64,000 nucleotides of DNA from NCBI GenBank assembly GCA_963767925.1, contig CAVYGB010000008.1, positions 96,001 to 160,000 on the forward strand, in the 5' to 3' direction. Of the stretch, positions 1 through 9,144 are shown in pieces. This DNA comes from an uncultured delta proteobacterium. Its GTDB lineage: Bacteria; Myxococcota_A; Polyangia; Fen-1088. The notes under the pieces are model-generated. The model made no database searches, was not told where the DNA came from, and saw only the letters and a program-made list of their open reading frames with translations. Position 1 is the first letter of the stretch, and the number at the start of each line of letters is the position of its first letter. The position numbers and the translations under genes are program-made.

Positions 1-1
1 G

Positions 2-283
2 CTGGGCGCCGGCACCCCCGCCAGCCGGGCCCTGGCCTCTCTCTCCGTCCGCGAGCGCGAGGTCTTCCACCTCACCACCGAGGGGCTGGCCAACCCCGAG
101 ATCGCGCGCGAGCTGTGCATCTCTCGCCGGACCGTAGAGACCCACAAGTACCGCCTGCAGAAGAAGCTCGGCCTGCACAGCGCCCACGAGCTGCTCCGCT
201 TCGGCGCCGAGCACGGGTTCATCCGCCGCGCCCGCCGGGACCCGAGCCCCCCGGCTGGCAACGGCGTCGGCCTGCCCCGGTAG
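2..283 (+). CDS. LuxR/NarL-type HTH regulator, C-terminal part (5' truncated by the window edge)
   Basis: Manual frame +2 translation, not in the ORF track: LSVREREVFHLTTEGLANPEIARELCISRRTVETHKYRLQKKLG, a LuxR HTH. Stop TAG at 281-283. Confidence 0.9.
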   Translation: MGAGTPASRALASLSVREREVFHLTTEGLANPEIARELCISRRTVETHKYRLQKKLGLHSAHELLRFGAEHGFIRRARRDPSPPAGNGVGLPR

Positions 284-285
284 CT

Positions 286-1275
286 TCAGGGCAACGAGAC
301 GGCCGCCCGCACCGCCGGTTGCCGGACCGCGCCCTCGATCGCCGCCACCACCGGGTTCTTCGCCAGCAGCGGATCCTCCCGGAGGATCTGGCGGTAGATC
401 TCTCCGAGGTCGGGCTGGGCGCCGTCGCCGTCGAGGATCACCAGGCAGGGCTCCTGGCTCGAGCGCAGCTCGGTGAGCGCCTCGCTGGCGCTGCAGGTGC
501 GGATCTGGCGCCAGCCCTCCCCCAGGACGTTGCGCAGGATCTCCGCCCGAGCCTGGGCGTCGTCGTCCACCAGGAGCAACACCGTCCGGGCGGGCCGGTC
601 GTCGGGGCTCCCCGCTCGGCGGCGCAGCAGGTCGTTCTCGGCGGCGAAGCGGATCAGCTCCGCCCCGCTGCGGCAGCCGAGCTTGCGGTGGATCCGGGTG
701 CGGTGGGTGTCGACGGTCTTGATCGAGATCCCCAGCTCCTGGGAGATGATCGCGTTGCGCCAGCCTCGCACGACGAGGTCGAAGACCTCCCGCTCGCGCG
801 GAGACAGCCCCCGGAGCACGTCGGAGGAGAGGGCCGGCCGCTTGGCCCGGGCCAGCCGGACCGCCTCCAGCGTGCTGAATTGGCGGAAGGCGGGGGCCAC
901 GTAGAGCTGGCCGTGTCCGACCCGCCGGATCGCCTCCAGCAGCTCGTCGGCCCGGTCGGTCTTCAACGCGAGCCCGCCCGCCCCCGCGGTCAGCGCCTCG
1001 AGGGCGTCGCGCTCCCGCCCCCAGTCGGCCACCAGCAGCACCGGCGTGCGGGGCGCGCGCCGCTTCACCTCCCGGGTGGCGGCGAGGCCGTTCATGCCCA
1101 CCAACGAGACGTCGATGACGAGCACGTCCGGCTGCTGCCGCTCCACTTCTTCGATGCCCGACCGCGCGTCGGTGGCGTCGGCGACCACCTGCAGGTCGCC
1201 ACTCGATTCGATCAAGGCCCGGAAGCCCAGCCGGAAGACCGGTTCACTGCTGATCAGCGCGACACGCATTAACAT
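286..1275 (-). CDS. NarL-family response regulator with an extra C-terminal receiver-like domain (REC-HTH-REC)
   Basis: N-terminal REC (PDVLVIDVSLVGMNG), LuxR HTH (LSPREREVFDLVVRG...SIKTVDTHR), then VLLLVDDD...PCLVILD. GAGGA RBS. The true start may be ATG 1269. Confidence 0.9.
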   Translation of the reverse strand: MLMRVALISSEPVFRLGFRALIESSGDLQVVADATDARSGIEEVERQQPDVLVIDVSLVGMNGLAATREVKRRAPRTPVLLVADWGRERDALEALTAGAGGLALKTDRADELLEAIRRVGHGQLYVAPAFRQFSTLEAVRLARAKRPALSSDVLRGLSPREREVFDLVVRGWRNAIISQELGISIKTVDTHRTRIHRKLGCRSGAELIRFAAENDLLRRRAGSPDDRPARTVLLLVDDDAQARAEILRNVLGEGWRQIRTCSASEALTELRSSQEPCLVILDGDGAQPDLGEIYRQILREDPLLAKNPVVAAIEGAVRQPAVRAAVSLP

Positions 1276-1457
1276 TCCTCATTTCCCCCCGAGGACACGC
1301 GCCTGCACCGGAGCCTATAAGCCATTTCGCTGGCTTTGTCCGGTGCGGGAGCGCGGTCGCCTTCCGAATACGGAAAGGACCGACCCACCGACGGGGCGGA
1401 ACGAGGCGCCGCGCTGATCTTCCGGAGTTTTTCGCGCCGAAAGGCGCGGCGGGAGAG

Positions 1458-2813
1458 TCAGTCGCGCAGGGCGAGGGCGAGGTTCAAGCCGAGGTACTGG
1501 TCGACCGCGCCGGCGGCCTCGCGCGCGTCGCCCGGCTGCGTGTTCATCGTGAACACGTAGGCCCGCAGGTTGGCGGTGGCCCGCACCTCCAGCTTGGACA
1601 TGATCCGCATCGCCATGCCGAGGAAGCCTTCTCCGCCGCTGCCCGTGATGTACGGGAAGTAAGCCGTCTGCAGCTCGCCGACCCCCAGCAGATGCAGGTA
1701 GTTGGCGCCGCCGACGAAGGCGAAGGTCCGGCCGAACGGGATCCGCGTCGCCAGGCCGCCCTTGAGCTGCTGGTAGGAGACGTCGGCGACCTGCGGCCGA
1801 TTGGGGCCGCCGTTGCTGTCCTTGGCGATGCTGAAGGAGTGCGACCCGAAGGCGGCGTTGGCCAGGACCTCGACGCCCCCGAAGGTGAGGCGGCCCTTGC
1901 CTCCCACCGCATAGCTGAAGGAGCCCGTGCGGTAGGGCCGGCCGTCGGGATCACGCGAGGCCAGGGGGAAGGAATATTCACCGCTGGCCGAGACGCCCAG
2001 GAAGGAGAGGGGGAAGTAGTCGAGGGATATGTTAGCCGCCGGCACCCCCACGATGCGGTAGTCCTGCTGCGTGCCCACCCGGTTCTGGCTGTACGCGAAG
2101 ATGCGGGAGTAGACCTGCGTGCCGATCGACAGATCGATGTTGTTGACCGTGGGCCGGCGCAGCCTCTCCTCCTCGGCGGCGGCGAGCAGCGCGGGCGGGG
2201 CCTCCATGTCGGGCGTCCCCGACCGACGGGACACGGGCATCGGTTCCTCGACCGCGGTGGGCGGCGCCGCCGCCACCGCGGTGGGGTCACTGCCGCTATC
2301 GCTCTCGGGGACCGCGGCGACCGCGGCCGCCTGGCCGGTCGCCTCGTTGTTGGGATATCGCTCCAGGATCGCCTTGAGGCCAGTGGGGAGACCCCGCTGG
2401 ATCCGCGGCAACATGGTGGCCAAGCTCGGTCCGCTCCAGGAGGCGCGGCCCACGACGGTGCCCTCCCTGTTCTTGGCCTTGACCTGCGCGGTCAGGAGCC
2501 GGCGGCCGTTGGCGAGGATGCTCCCCTCGACGAAGAGGGTGCCGTTGAGATCGCGCGCGAGGTTCGTGTAGTTGTCCGAGAGCTGCACCAGCCCGAGGCT
2601 GGCGGCGGCGGACGCCACGTTCCGGTCGGGGACCACCCGCTGCTCGAGCTGTAGCAGCGCCGCGATGGTCTGCTGCCGGAAGCGCTGCGCGCCCATGCCC
2701 ACGAACGGCTCCACGATGATCTGGTGGGCCGTTTCGGCCCGCGACGGCCGGGCTGCCCCGAGCGACACGAGCGAGAAGAATCCAGCGGCGCAGATGACTA
2801 GCCCTTTCATCAC
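1458..2813 (-). CDS. Secreted hypothetical protein, probable C-terminal outer-membrane beta-barrel
   Basis: Signal peptide, Ala/Pro linker, amphipathic aromatic beta-strands at the C-terminus. Confidence 0.7.
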   Translation of the reverse strand: MMKGLVICAAGFFSLVSLGAARPSRAETAHQIIVEPFVGMGAQRFRQQTIAALLQLEQRVVPDRNVASAAASLGLVQLSDNYTNLARDLNGTLFVEGSILANGRRLLTAQVKAKNREGTVVGRASWSGPSLATMLPRIQRGLPTGLKAILERYPNNEATGQAAAVAAVPESDSGSDPTAVAAAPPTAVEEPMPVSRRSGTPDMEAPPALLAAAEEERLRRPTVNNIDLSIGTQVYSRIFAYSQNRVGTQQDYRIVGVPAANISLDYFPLSFLGVSASGEYSFPLASRDPDGRPYRTGSFSYAVGGKGRLTFGGVEVLANAAFGSHSFSIAKDSNGGPNRPQVADVSYQQLKGGLATRIPFGRTFAFVGGANYLHLLGVGELQTAYFPYITGSGGEGFLGMAMRIMSKLEVRATANLRAYVFTMNTQPGDAREAAGAVDQYLGLNLALALRD

Positions 2814-3023
2814 GTTCTCACTTCCTCTTCCGCGTCAAAATGCCCGATCTCAGGCAGATTCGGGGGGCCGGGAGGGACCTAACCTATACAGCCGGTCGCC
2901 AATGTGTCAACGGGCCCACGTGTTAGAGACATGCCGGTCAGCGGCGCCCACCGGGCCGCCGCCAGGGGGGCCAGGAGGGGGGCCCAGCAGGAGGCAGCGA
3001 AGGGCCCCGGTCAGCGCGGCTCG

Positions 3024-3830
3024 TTATTCGGGACATACGCCAGCGGTCGCTGGATCGGAGACGTAGATCCCGTCGCGGGTCCGCAGCTCGACGCGGTCTC
3101 CGCCGATCGCGGCGATGACGTCACCGGTCGCACCGGTCAGGCGCAGATCGATCGACGAGGTGCTCACCCGGAAGTCCCAGTCCACCGGCCAGCGCTCTTG
3201 CTCGGTACCCACCTGGCCTTGCACCCGGAAAAGGAAGGCCGACTCCCCGCCGGCGGCCAGCCCCCGGTAGAGGTAGAGCTGCAAGGAGGCGTCGAGGAAC
3301 AGGTTCACCCCGACGCCGGCCAGCTCCACCCGCGCGCGGCAGGCGCTCGCCTGACCCCAGACCACCGGTCGGAGCGTGCCCTCGACGAGGGCGGACAGAT
3401 CGATCTCCCCGTTCTGTCGGGGATCGGGGATGGTCGCCGCCGGATCCCAGCCGCGACAGATGCGCTGCAGGTGCAGCACGCCCCGCAGGCGTGGCTCGTC
3501 CTCGTCGACCGGGCCGGTCTCGGTGGGCATCCCGCTGGCCTGCAGCCGCTGCTGCAGCGCCTGCAGCGCATCCAGCAGGACCTCCCCGACCTGCCGCAGG
3601 CGTTGGTCCTCCACGCGATCGAGGGCCGAGCGGGCCAGGCAGGCGACGTCCTGGGGCGCCACCGTCCCGTCCGGCTGCGCGTAGGCCTCGACCAGGGGTG
3701 CCAGGTCGGGTGGGACCGGCATCTCGATCTCGGGCCGGTCGACGCAGCCGAGGGCGACAAGGGCGGTCGCTCCCCCCGGCCAGCGGAGCTTCGCCGGCCC
3801 CCGTTCGCGTGCGCGCGTGCCTCTGCCCAT
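3024..3830 (-). CDS. Hypothetical lipoprotein
   Basis: Lipobox-like LVALGC; 13 bp downstream of the next gene in the same orientation. Confidence 0.7.
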   Translation of the reverse strand: MGRGTRARERGPAKLRWPGGATALVALGCVDRPEIEMPVPPDLAPLVEAYAQPDGTVAPQDVACLARSALDRVEDQRLRQVGEVLLDALQALQQRLQASGMPTETGPVDEDEPRLRGVLHLQRICRGWDPAATIPDPRQNGEIDLSALVEGTLRPVVWGQASACRARVELAGVGVNLFLDASLQLYLYRGLAAGGESAFLFRVQGQVGTEQERWPVDWDFRVSTSSIDLRLTGATGDVIAAIGGDRVELRTRDGIYVSDPATAGVCPE

Positions 3831-3843
3831 GGAATGGTCCCCC

Positions 3844-4668
3844 CTAGAAGATCAGCGAGAGCGAGCCGTCGGGGACGAAGCCCCGGTAGGGCAGATAGAC
3901 GTTGGCCCCGGTGACGAAGATCGAGCCGTAGCCGGCGCCGATGCGGGCGTGCAGGTGGCGCCATAAGTAGGTTACGCTGGCGACGACCGCGTAGGGGTGC
4001 TCGTGCCGGGGCTGCAGCTCGGCCTGGAGGTCCGCCCGGGTGTAGGGATCGATCTGAGTCTCGCCCTCGAGCACCAGGGGCCGCATCCAGACCTGCGAGC
4101 GGCCCCGCAGGGTCAGCGCCAGCCGCGGCTTCGGTCGGTACTCGAGCATGGCGCCGATCTGGACCGCCTCGGTCGAGAGGGCGCCACCGACCTCGGCCCG
4201 GTTGGCGTCCCCGGCGCCGCGGGCCTGGAGGAAGGTGTAGCTCCCCTCGAGGTGGCCCCACCAGGCGGGGGCCAGTCCGACCGAGGCGAGCGCCGTAACC
4301 GGTACCACGACGAGCTTTCCGCGGGCCGCTTGCGCCGAGGTCAGATCGACGAAGTAGCCCCCGAGCTGGCCGCTCACCCGGAAGCGATCCTCCGCCAGGA
4401 AGGTGTACTTGACGTGCAGGTTCGGCACCCAGCTCCGGGTGTAGGCCCCGGCGGCCCAGGCCGGCGGATCGGTGCCCACCGAGAGGCCGTCGGTGATCCC
4501 GTATTCGAAGCCCAGCAGCCCGAGCTTGACGCGGCCTCCTTCGACCGTGAAGGCCGTGTGCTCGTCCAGGCGCGGACCTTCCAGCGGCTGGGCCAGGGCC
4601 GGCCGGCCGAATGGCAGGCCCAGCGTGGCGATCAGCGCTCCCAGCGCGGCGACTCCCGTCCACCCCAT
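3844..4668 (-). CDS. Hypothetical outer-membrane beta-barrel protein
   Basis: Signal peptide, alternating beta-strand pattern, C-terminal Phe (SLSLIF), GGAGG RBS. Confidence 0.7.
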   Translation of the reverse strand: MGWTGVAALGALIATLGLPFGRPALAQPLEGPRLDEHTAFTVEGGRVKLGLLGFEYGITDGLSVGTDPPAWAAGAYTRSWVPNLHVKYTFLAEDRFRVSGQLGGYFVDLTSAQAARGKLVVVPVTALASVGLAPAWWGHLEGSYTFLQARGAGDANRAEVGGALSTEAVQIGAMLEYRPKPRLALTLRGRSQVWMRPLVLEGETQIDPYTRADLQAELQPRHEHPYAVVASVTYLWRHLHARIGAGYGSIFVTGANVYLPYRGFVPDGSLSLIF

Positions 4669-4758
4669 GCGTAGCCTCCCTCCCCAGGATGGGGCGGCGG
4701 GCGCGCCGGAGGCTGTCGGTCACGCCCCGCTTCGCCGGTTCGGGTTAAGGTGCCGGGC

Positions 4759-6072
4759 ATGAAACGGCTCCGCTTTCGTTGCCTCGCGTTGGCCGGTGGC
4801 CTGGTGGCCTTCAGCCCGGTCGTCCAGGCCCAGCAGGATCACACGAACCTCGACGAGGCCAAGGTTGGCGCCTACAGCCTGCCGCCGCTGCTGGTCTCGG
4901 CCGACGGCAAGCCGGTGCGGACCGGCCAGCAATGGACCTCCCGGCGGCGCCCCGAGGTCCTGAAGCTGTTCGAGGACCACATGCACGGGCGCACGCCCGT
5001 CGGCCGGCCCAGGGATCTTTCCTGGAAGGTCGTCGAGAAGGACGCGGGTGCGCTGGGCGGAACCGCCCGCCGCAAGCAGATCGAAGTCCGCTTCTCGAAG
5101 CAGCCGGGGACGCCCGTCATGCACGTGCTGCTCTACACGCCGTCGGCAGCCAAGGGCCCGGTGCCGGTGTTCCTGGTGCTGCACTTCAACGGCAACTGGG
5201 CCATCGTCGACGATCCGGGGGTGCGGCTTTACGACACCTGGGACCGCAAGAAGCGCGAGCGGGTCACCCCGGCCGCCGACGTCGCGCGGGGCACCTCGAA
5301 GGAGTGGGACGTCCCCGGGATCCTGGCGCGCGGCTACGGCGTGGCGGCCATCTACTACGGCGACGTCGAGCCCGACTTCGACGGAGGGGCCGGGCTGCCC
5401 CACGGGGTGAGACCGCTCTTCTGGAAGGCCGGCCAGACCGAGCGGGCGCCCGGCGACTGGGGCGCCATCGGCGCCTGGGCCTGGGGCATGAGCCGCGCGC
5501 TCGACTACCTGCGCACCGATCGCGACGTCGACGGCCGCAAGGTGATCGCGGTGGGCCAGTCGCGGCTGGGCAAGACCGTGTTGTGGGCGGGGGCCCAGGA
5601 CCAGCGCTTCGCGATGGTCATCGCGAGCTGCTCGGGTGAGGGCGGGGCCGCCCTCGCCCGGAGGGACTACGGCGAGAACCTCGACAACATGACCTCCCGC
5701 TACCTCTACCAGTTCAGCGAGGGCTTCGGGCGTTACAACAAGCGCTGGAACGACCTGCCGGTGGACGCCCACATGCTGGTGGCGCTGATGGCCCCCCGGC
5801 CCCTGCTGCTGAACACGGGCAGCGAGGATCGCTGGTCCGATCCGCGTGGCGAGTTCCTGGCCGCCCAGGCCGCCTCGCCGGTCTACGAGCTGTTCGGCAA
5901 GCAGGGGCTGGCCAGCGAGGCGCAGCCCCCTCTGGACGTCCCCTTGCTGCGCGACCTCGCCTTCCACGAGCACACCGGGCGCCACGCCATCCTCGCCACC
6001 GACTGGAAGGTCTTCCTCGACTACGCCGACAGCCGCCTCGGGCGCCGCCCGGGCGCTCGCGCCGCCCGCTGA
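4759..6072 (+). CDS. Secreted carbohydrate esterase family 15 (glucuronoyl esterase-like)
   Basis: WGAIGAWAWGMSRALDYL, nucleophile motif GQSRLGK, SGEGGAAL, LPVDAHML.AL.APRPL, DRWSDPRGEF; signal peptide. Confidence 0.85.
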   Translation: MKRLRFRCLALAGGLVAFSPVVQAQQDHTNLDEAKVGAYSLPPLLVSADGKPVRTGQQWTSRRRPEVLKLFEDHMHGRTPVGRPRDLSWKVVEKDAGALGGTARRKQIEVRFSKQPGTPVMHVLLYTPSAAKGPVPVFLVLHFNGNWAIVDDPGVRLYDTWDRKKRERVTPAADVARGTSKEWDVPGILARGYGVAAIYYGDVEPDFDGGAGLPHGVRPLFWKAGQTERAPGDWGAIGAWAWGMSRALDYLRTDRDVDGRKVIAVGQSRLGKTVLWAGAQDQRFAMVIASCSGEGGAALARRDYGENLDNMTSRYLYQFSEGFGRYNKRWNDLPVDAHMLVALMAPRPLLLNTGSEDRWSDPRGEFLAAQAASPVYELFGKQGLASEAQPPLDVPLLRDLAFHEHTGRHAILATDWKVFLDYADSRLGRRPGARAAR

Positions 6073-6103
6073 CCGCGGATGCTAAAGTGAAGCCGGAGGA
6101 GAC

Positions 6104-6379
6104 ATGAAAAAAGACGGCCCCTGCGAACACGTCGCGAGCATCAAGGGTGAGGTGCGCCCCCACGCCCGTGGCTGCGAGGAGTGCCTGGCCCTGGGGGACT
6201 CCTGGGTCCACCTGCGCCTGTGTTTGAGCTGCGGGCACGTCGGCTGCTGCGACGCCTCGAAGAACAAACACGCGACGAAACACTTCCGCGCCACCGCCCA
6301 TCCGGTGATCCGCTCGCAGGAGCCGGGCGAGAGCTGGGTCTGGTGTTACGTCGACGAAGTGGGCTACGAGACCGCCTGA
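6104..6379 (+). CDS. UBP-type zinc finger protein
   Basis: CEH...GCEECL...WVHLRLCLSCGHVGCCDASKNKHATKH...EPGESWVWCYVD; GGAGGAG RBS. Confidence 0.92.
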   Translation: MKKDGPCEHVASIKGEVRPHARGCEECLALGDSWVHLRLCLSCGHVGCCDASKNKHATKHFRATAHPVIRSQEPGESWVWCYVDEVGYETA

Positions 6380-6386
6380 GGCCACC

Positions 6387-6737
6387 TCAGGTGGGGGTGA
6401 TCCAGTCGCCCTCCAGGGGCAGGCCGGCGCTCTCCCAGTCGAACAGGCCGCCCGCGTAGCGGCGGACCTTGTGATAGCCGTGCTCGAGCAGCGCCTGGTA
6501 GGCCGCCAGGCTGGCGTGGCAGTCGACGTTCGAGCAATAGACGACGATGTCGTCGTCCTTGCCGAGCGCGGCCAGCATCTGCTCGGAGGTCTTGAAGTAC
6601 AGCGACCCCGGGATGTGTTTGGCCTTGTAGGCCCACTCGTGCAAGGCGGTCACCAGCTTGAAGGGCTCCTTGCCAGCGAGCTTCGCGCGCAGCTCCTCGC
6701 GCGAGATCGTGCGGACGTCGGTGGGGGCAGGACTCAT
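6387..6737 (-). CDS. Rhodanese-like domain protein
   Basis: HIPGS, IVVYC, YAGGLFDWESAGLP; ATG 6737 with AGAGGA RBS. Confidence 0.9.
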   Translation of the reverse strand: MSPAPTDVRTISREELRAKLAGKEPFKLVTALHEWAYKAKHIPGSLYFKTSEQMLAALGKDDDIVVYCSNVDCHASLAAYQALLEHGYHKVRRYAGGLFDWESAGLPLEGDWITPT

Positions 6738-6835
6738 GGCGTCGATCCTCTGGTTAGCATGTTTCGGGCGACAAAGTGGGGCCGCCGCCGGTGAGGCTCG
6801 CCGTCGCGTGCGGGTTGCGTCCCGTGGCCGGGCCC

Positions 6836-7055
6836 ATGACGAGGAGCGACCACGTCCAGTCTCGAGATCGACGACAGCGATCACCGCAACGTGGCCCAGC
6901 GGCTCGACCTGCTTCATTTCCAGGACGAGGCGCCGGGCATGGTGTTCTGGCACCCGGCCGGGCTCGCCGTGTACCGCTTGCTGGAGGACGCCGTCCGGCA
7001 GGTACGCGCGCGCAAGGTTTCGCCGAGGTGCGGACGCCCCAGATCCCGCGGCGAC
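6836..7055 (+). pseudogene. thrS: Threonyl-tRNA synthetase fragment (start of the catalytic core), frameshifted and truncated
   Basis: DHRNVAQRLDLLHFQDEAPGMVFWHPAGLAVYRLLEDAVR, then after a frameshift near 7010 QGFAEVRTPQI. This matches the ThrRS DHR...APGMVFWHP...EVRTPQI segment. Confidence 0.8.
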
Positions 7056-7068
7056 CGGGACGGGGACA

Positions 7069-7992
7069 TTAGAGGAAGGTGATCACCAGGGAGGCTTCGG
7101 AGGTGGTGTCGAGGGTGTCGGCGAGGGGGAAGAAGTTGGGGGCCAGGGTGGTGCCGGGGGGTGGTTTGAGGGGGGCGGGGGCCCGGTCGTAGCGGGCGCC
7201 GAAGCTGAAGCCGAAGGCCACGTTTTTCCACAACGTGGTGGTCATCCCCACCCGGACGTTGAAGCGCGTGTCCTCGAGGGCGGGGACCGGGGCGTAGCCG
7301 GTCGCGGGGGCGCCTTCCTCGTTGAGGTTGCTCAGCACCTCGACGTTGAACAGGAGGCCGGTGGCCGGGCTGAGCTTCAGCTCTTCGCCCAGGAACACCC
7401 TCGCCGAGTGCACCTGCACCGCCGCGGCCCCCACCGCGGTCGCCTTCTCCATCGACAGATCGTAGCCCAGCTCGGCCACCGTCCGGTGCCGCTCGTCGTC
7501 GAACAGCAGTCGGCTGTAGCCGATCTGGCCGCCGGCCACCACCTGCTTGCCGGCGGGCACGTCGGTCAGCGCCTGCCCGCTGAAGTAGGCGCTGTTGTTC
7601 TGGGTGAGGAAGAGGTCGTAGCGGGCCCGGGCAGAGTAGAGCTTGCTCGTCGTGCGGGAGGTGAGGGTCTCTGCCTCGGCCGGGTCGAACAGCATGTTGG
7701 CGTTGGCGTCATCGAGGAACGAGGTGCGGGAGAAGGCGGCGTTGCCCTCGGCGGCGAAGCGGTGGCTCCCCGAGCGGATGGCGCCCAGGGCCCCCATCGT
7801 CGCGGTGAGCACGCGGGAGTTCCCCCCGAGCTGCACCAGCCCACCGCGGGCCTGCAGCTTCTTCTCGTCGGTCGGATCCTCGGGCTTGGGCGCCTGGTAC
7901 TGGAACTTCGGGTCGGCCGGCTGTGCCGCCGCCGCCCGCGGCCAGGCCAGCAGGCCCCCCACCGCCAGGGAGAGCCCGAGAACCACCTTCAT
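7069..7992 (-). CDS. DUF481/YdiY-like outer-membrane beta-barrel protein
   Basis: Signal peptide from ATG 7992; GGNSR..., RYDLFLT, GQIGYSR, ELGYD, DTTSEASLVITFL. Confidence 0.75.
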   Translation of the reverse strand: MKVVLGLSLAVGGLLAWPRAAAAQPADPKFQYQAPKPEDPTDEKKLQARGGLVQLGGNSRVLTATMGALGAIRSGSHRFAAEGNAAFSRTSFLDDANANMLFDPAEAETLTSRTTSKLYSARARYDLFLTQNNSAYFSGQALTDVPAGKQVVAGGQIGYSRLLFDDERHRTVAELGYDLSMEKATAVGAAAVQVHSARVFLGEELKLSPATGLLFNVEVLSNLNEEGAPATGYAPVPALEDTRFNVRVGMTTTLWKNVAFGFSFGARYDRAPAPLKPPPGTTLAPNFFPLADTLDTTSEASLVITFL

Positions 7993-8258
7993 GACCCGAT
8001 CGTGCGTGTGCGCCACGCCCGATCGTTTCTCATTGCACGACCCGCCGTCAATTCTTCCATCATCGATGCGCGTCGTTGGCTCGCCCGAGCCAGCGGATCG
8101 GGGCCGGCCTCTCGCGATCCGATGGGAGCAGCGCCTCATCGCCGCGGGCGGCTCAGCGCGTGTCGTCGACGGGATCGCCGGCTGATACGACGCGTCTGAG
8201 GGGTGCGCTGGTTTTTTCTGCAAACGCTCGGGGGGGGTCGGTGCATCTTGGAAGGGGC

Positions 8259-9089
8259 ATGGCAGCCGATCCCTCCCCTCACCCCCACCTGCCGGGCCCC
8301 GAGGACCTCCGGGCTCACACCGTCTGGCTGCGGCGGCTCGCTCGCCAGATCGTCGGCTCGCCTGCCCTGGCCGATGACGTCGCTCAGGAGGCCTGGACGG
8401 CCGCGGTGGCCCATCCGCCCGCCCGGGCCGAAGCGTGGCGATCCTGGTTGCGGACGGTCCTGTACAACTGCGTGCGGGGACGGGCCCGCGCCGATCGCAG
8501 CCGGGACCGGCGCGAGTCGACGGCGGCCGAGCTGGCCGAGACGAGCTTGCCCTCCTCGGAGGAGCTGCTCGTAAGGAACGAGGCGCTCGCCTTCGTGGCC
8601 GAGGAGGTGCGCCGGCTCCGGGAGCCCTACCGCTCGACCGTGCTGCTCTGTTACGGCGAGGATGTCCCGCCCAGCGAGATCGCCCGCCGGCAGGGCTCGC
8701 CCGCCGGCACTGTGCGCTGGCGGCTCAAGCAGGGCCTCGACCAGCTCCGCCGGCGCATCGAGGAGCGGTACGGGGACCGGCGCGCGTTCGGCCTGGTCCT
8801 GGGCCTGACCCCCCCGGCCGGGCCGCCGGCGCTGGCCGCGGGGGCCGGTGGGGCGGCGGCCGGCCTGGCGGTCGCCCTCGTGGTTGTCGTCTCGCTGGTC
8901 CTGTCCTTCTGGGTGTCGCTGCCGGCGCCCGAGCTCGGCGCTCCGCTCGAGGTGGGTCCGCGCAACGCCCGCCTGGCCGACGCCGGTCCCCAGCTCCCGG
9001 AGCCCTGGCCCCAGGGGGCGGCCCCGCTGCTGGTACAGAACCGCCTGCCCGACGAGGACCTCGCCGGCGAGCGGCTCCGGCGAATGTGA
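8259..9089 (+). CDS. ECF sigma factor with C-terminal transmembrane extension
   Basis: ADDVAQEAW (sigma2), LREPYRSTVLL...EIARRQG.PAGTVRWRLKQGL (sigma4), then hydrophobic GLAVALVVVVSLVLSFWVSL. Confidence 0.88.
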   Translation: MAADPSPHPHLPGPEDLRAHTVWLRRLARQIVGSPALADDVAQEAWTAAVAHPPARAEAWRSWLRTVLYNCVRGRARADRSRDRRESTAAELAETSLPSSEELLVRNEALAFVAEEVRRLREPYRSTVLLCYGEDVPPSEIARRQGSPAGTVRWRLKQGLDQLRRRIEERYGDRRAFGLVLGLTPPAGPPALAAGAGGAAAGLAVALVVVVSLVLSFWVSLPAPELGAPLEVGPRNARLADAGPQLPEPWPQGAAPLLVQNRLPDEDLAGERLRRM

Positions 9090-9144
9090 CCGCCGCGTGG
9101 ATCTGCTGGACCCCCCCTCCGCCAACCCCTCGCAGGAGCGACCC

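Noticed and set aside
6104..6737. Ubiquitin-like conjugation system (UBP zinc finger plus rhodanese)
   Set aside because: The genes are convergent, and no Ubl, E1, E2 or JAB gene is nearby.
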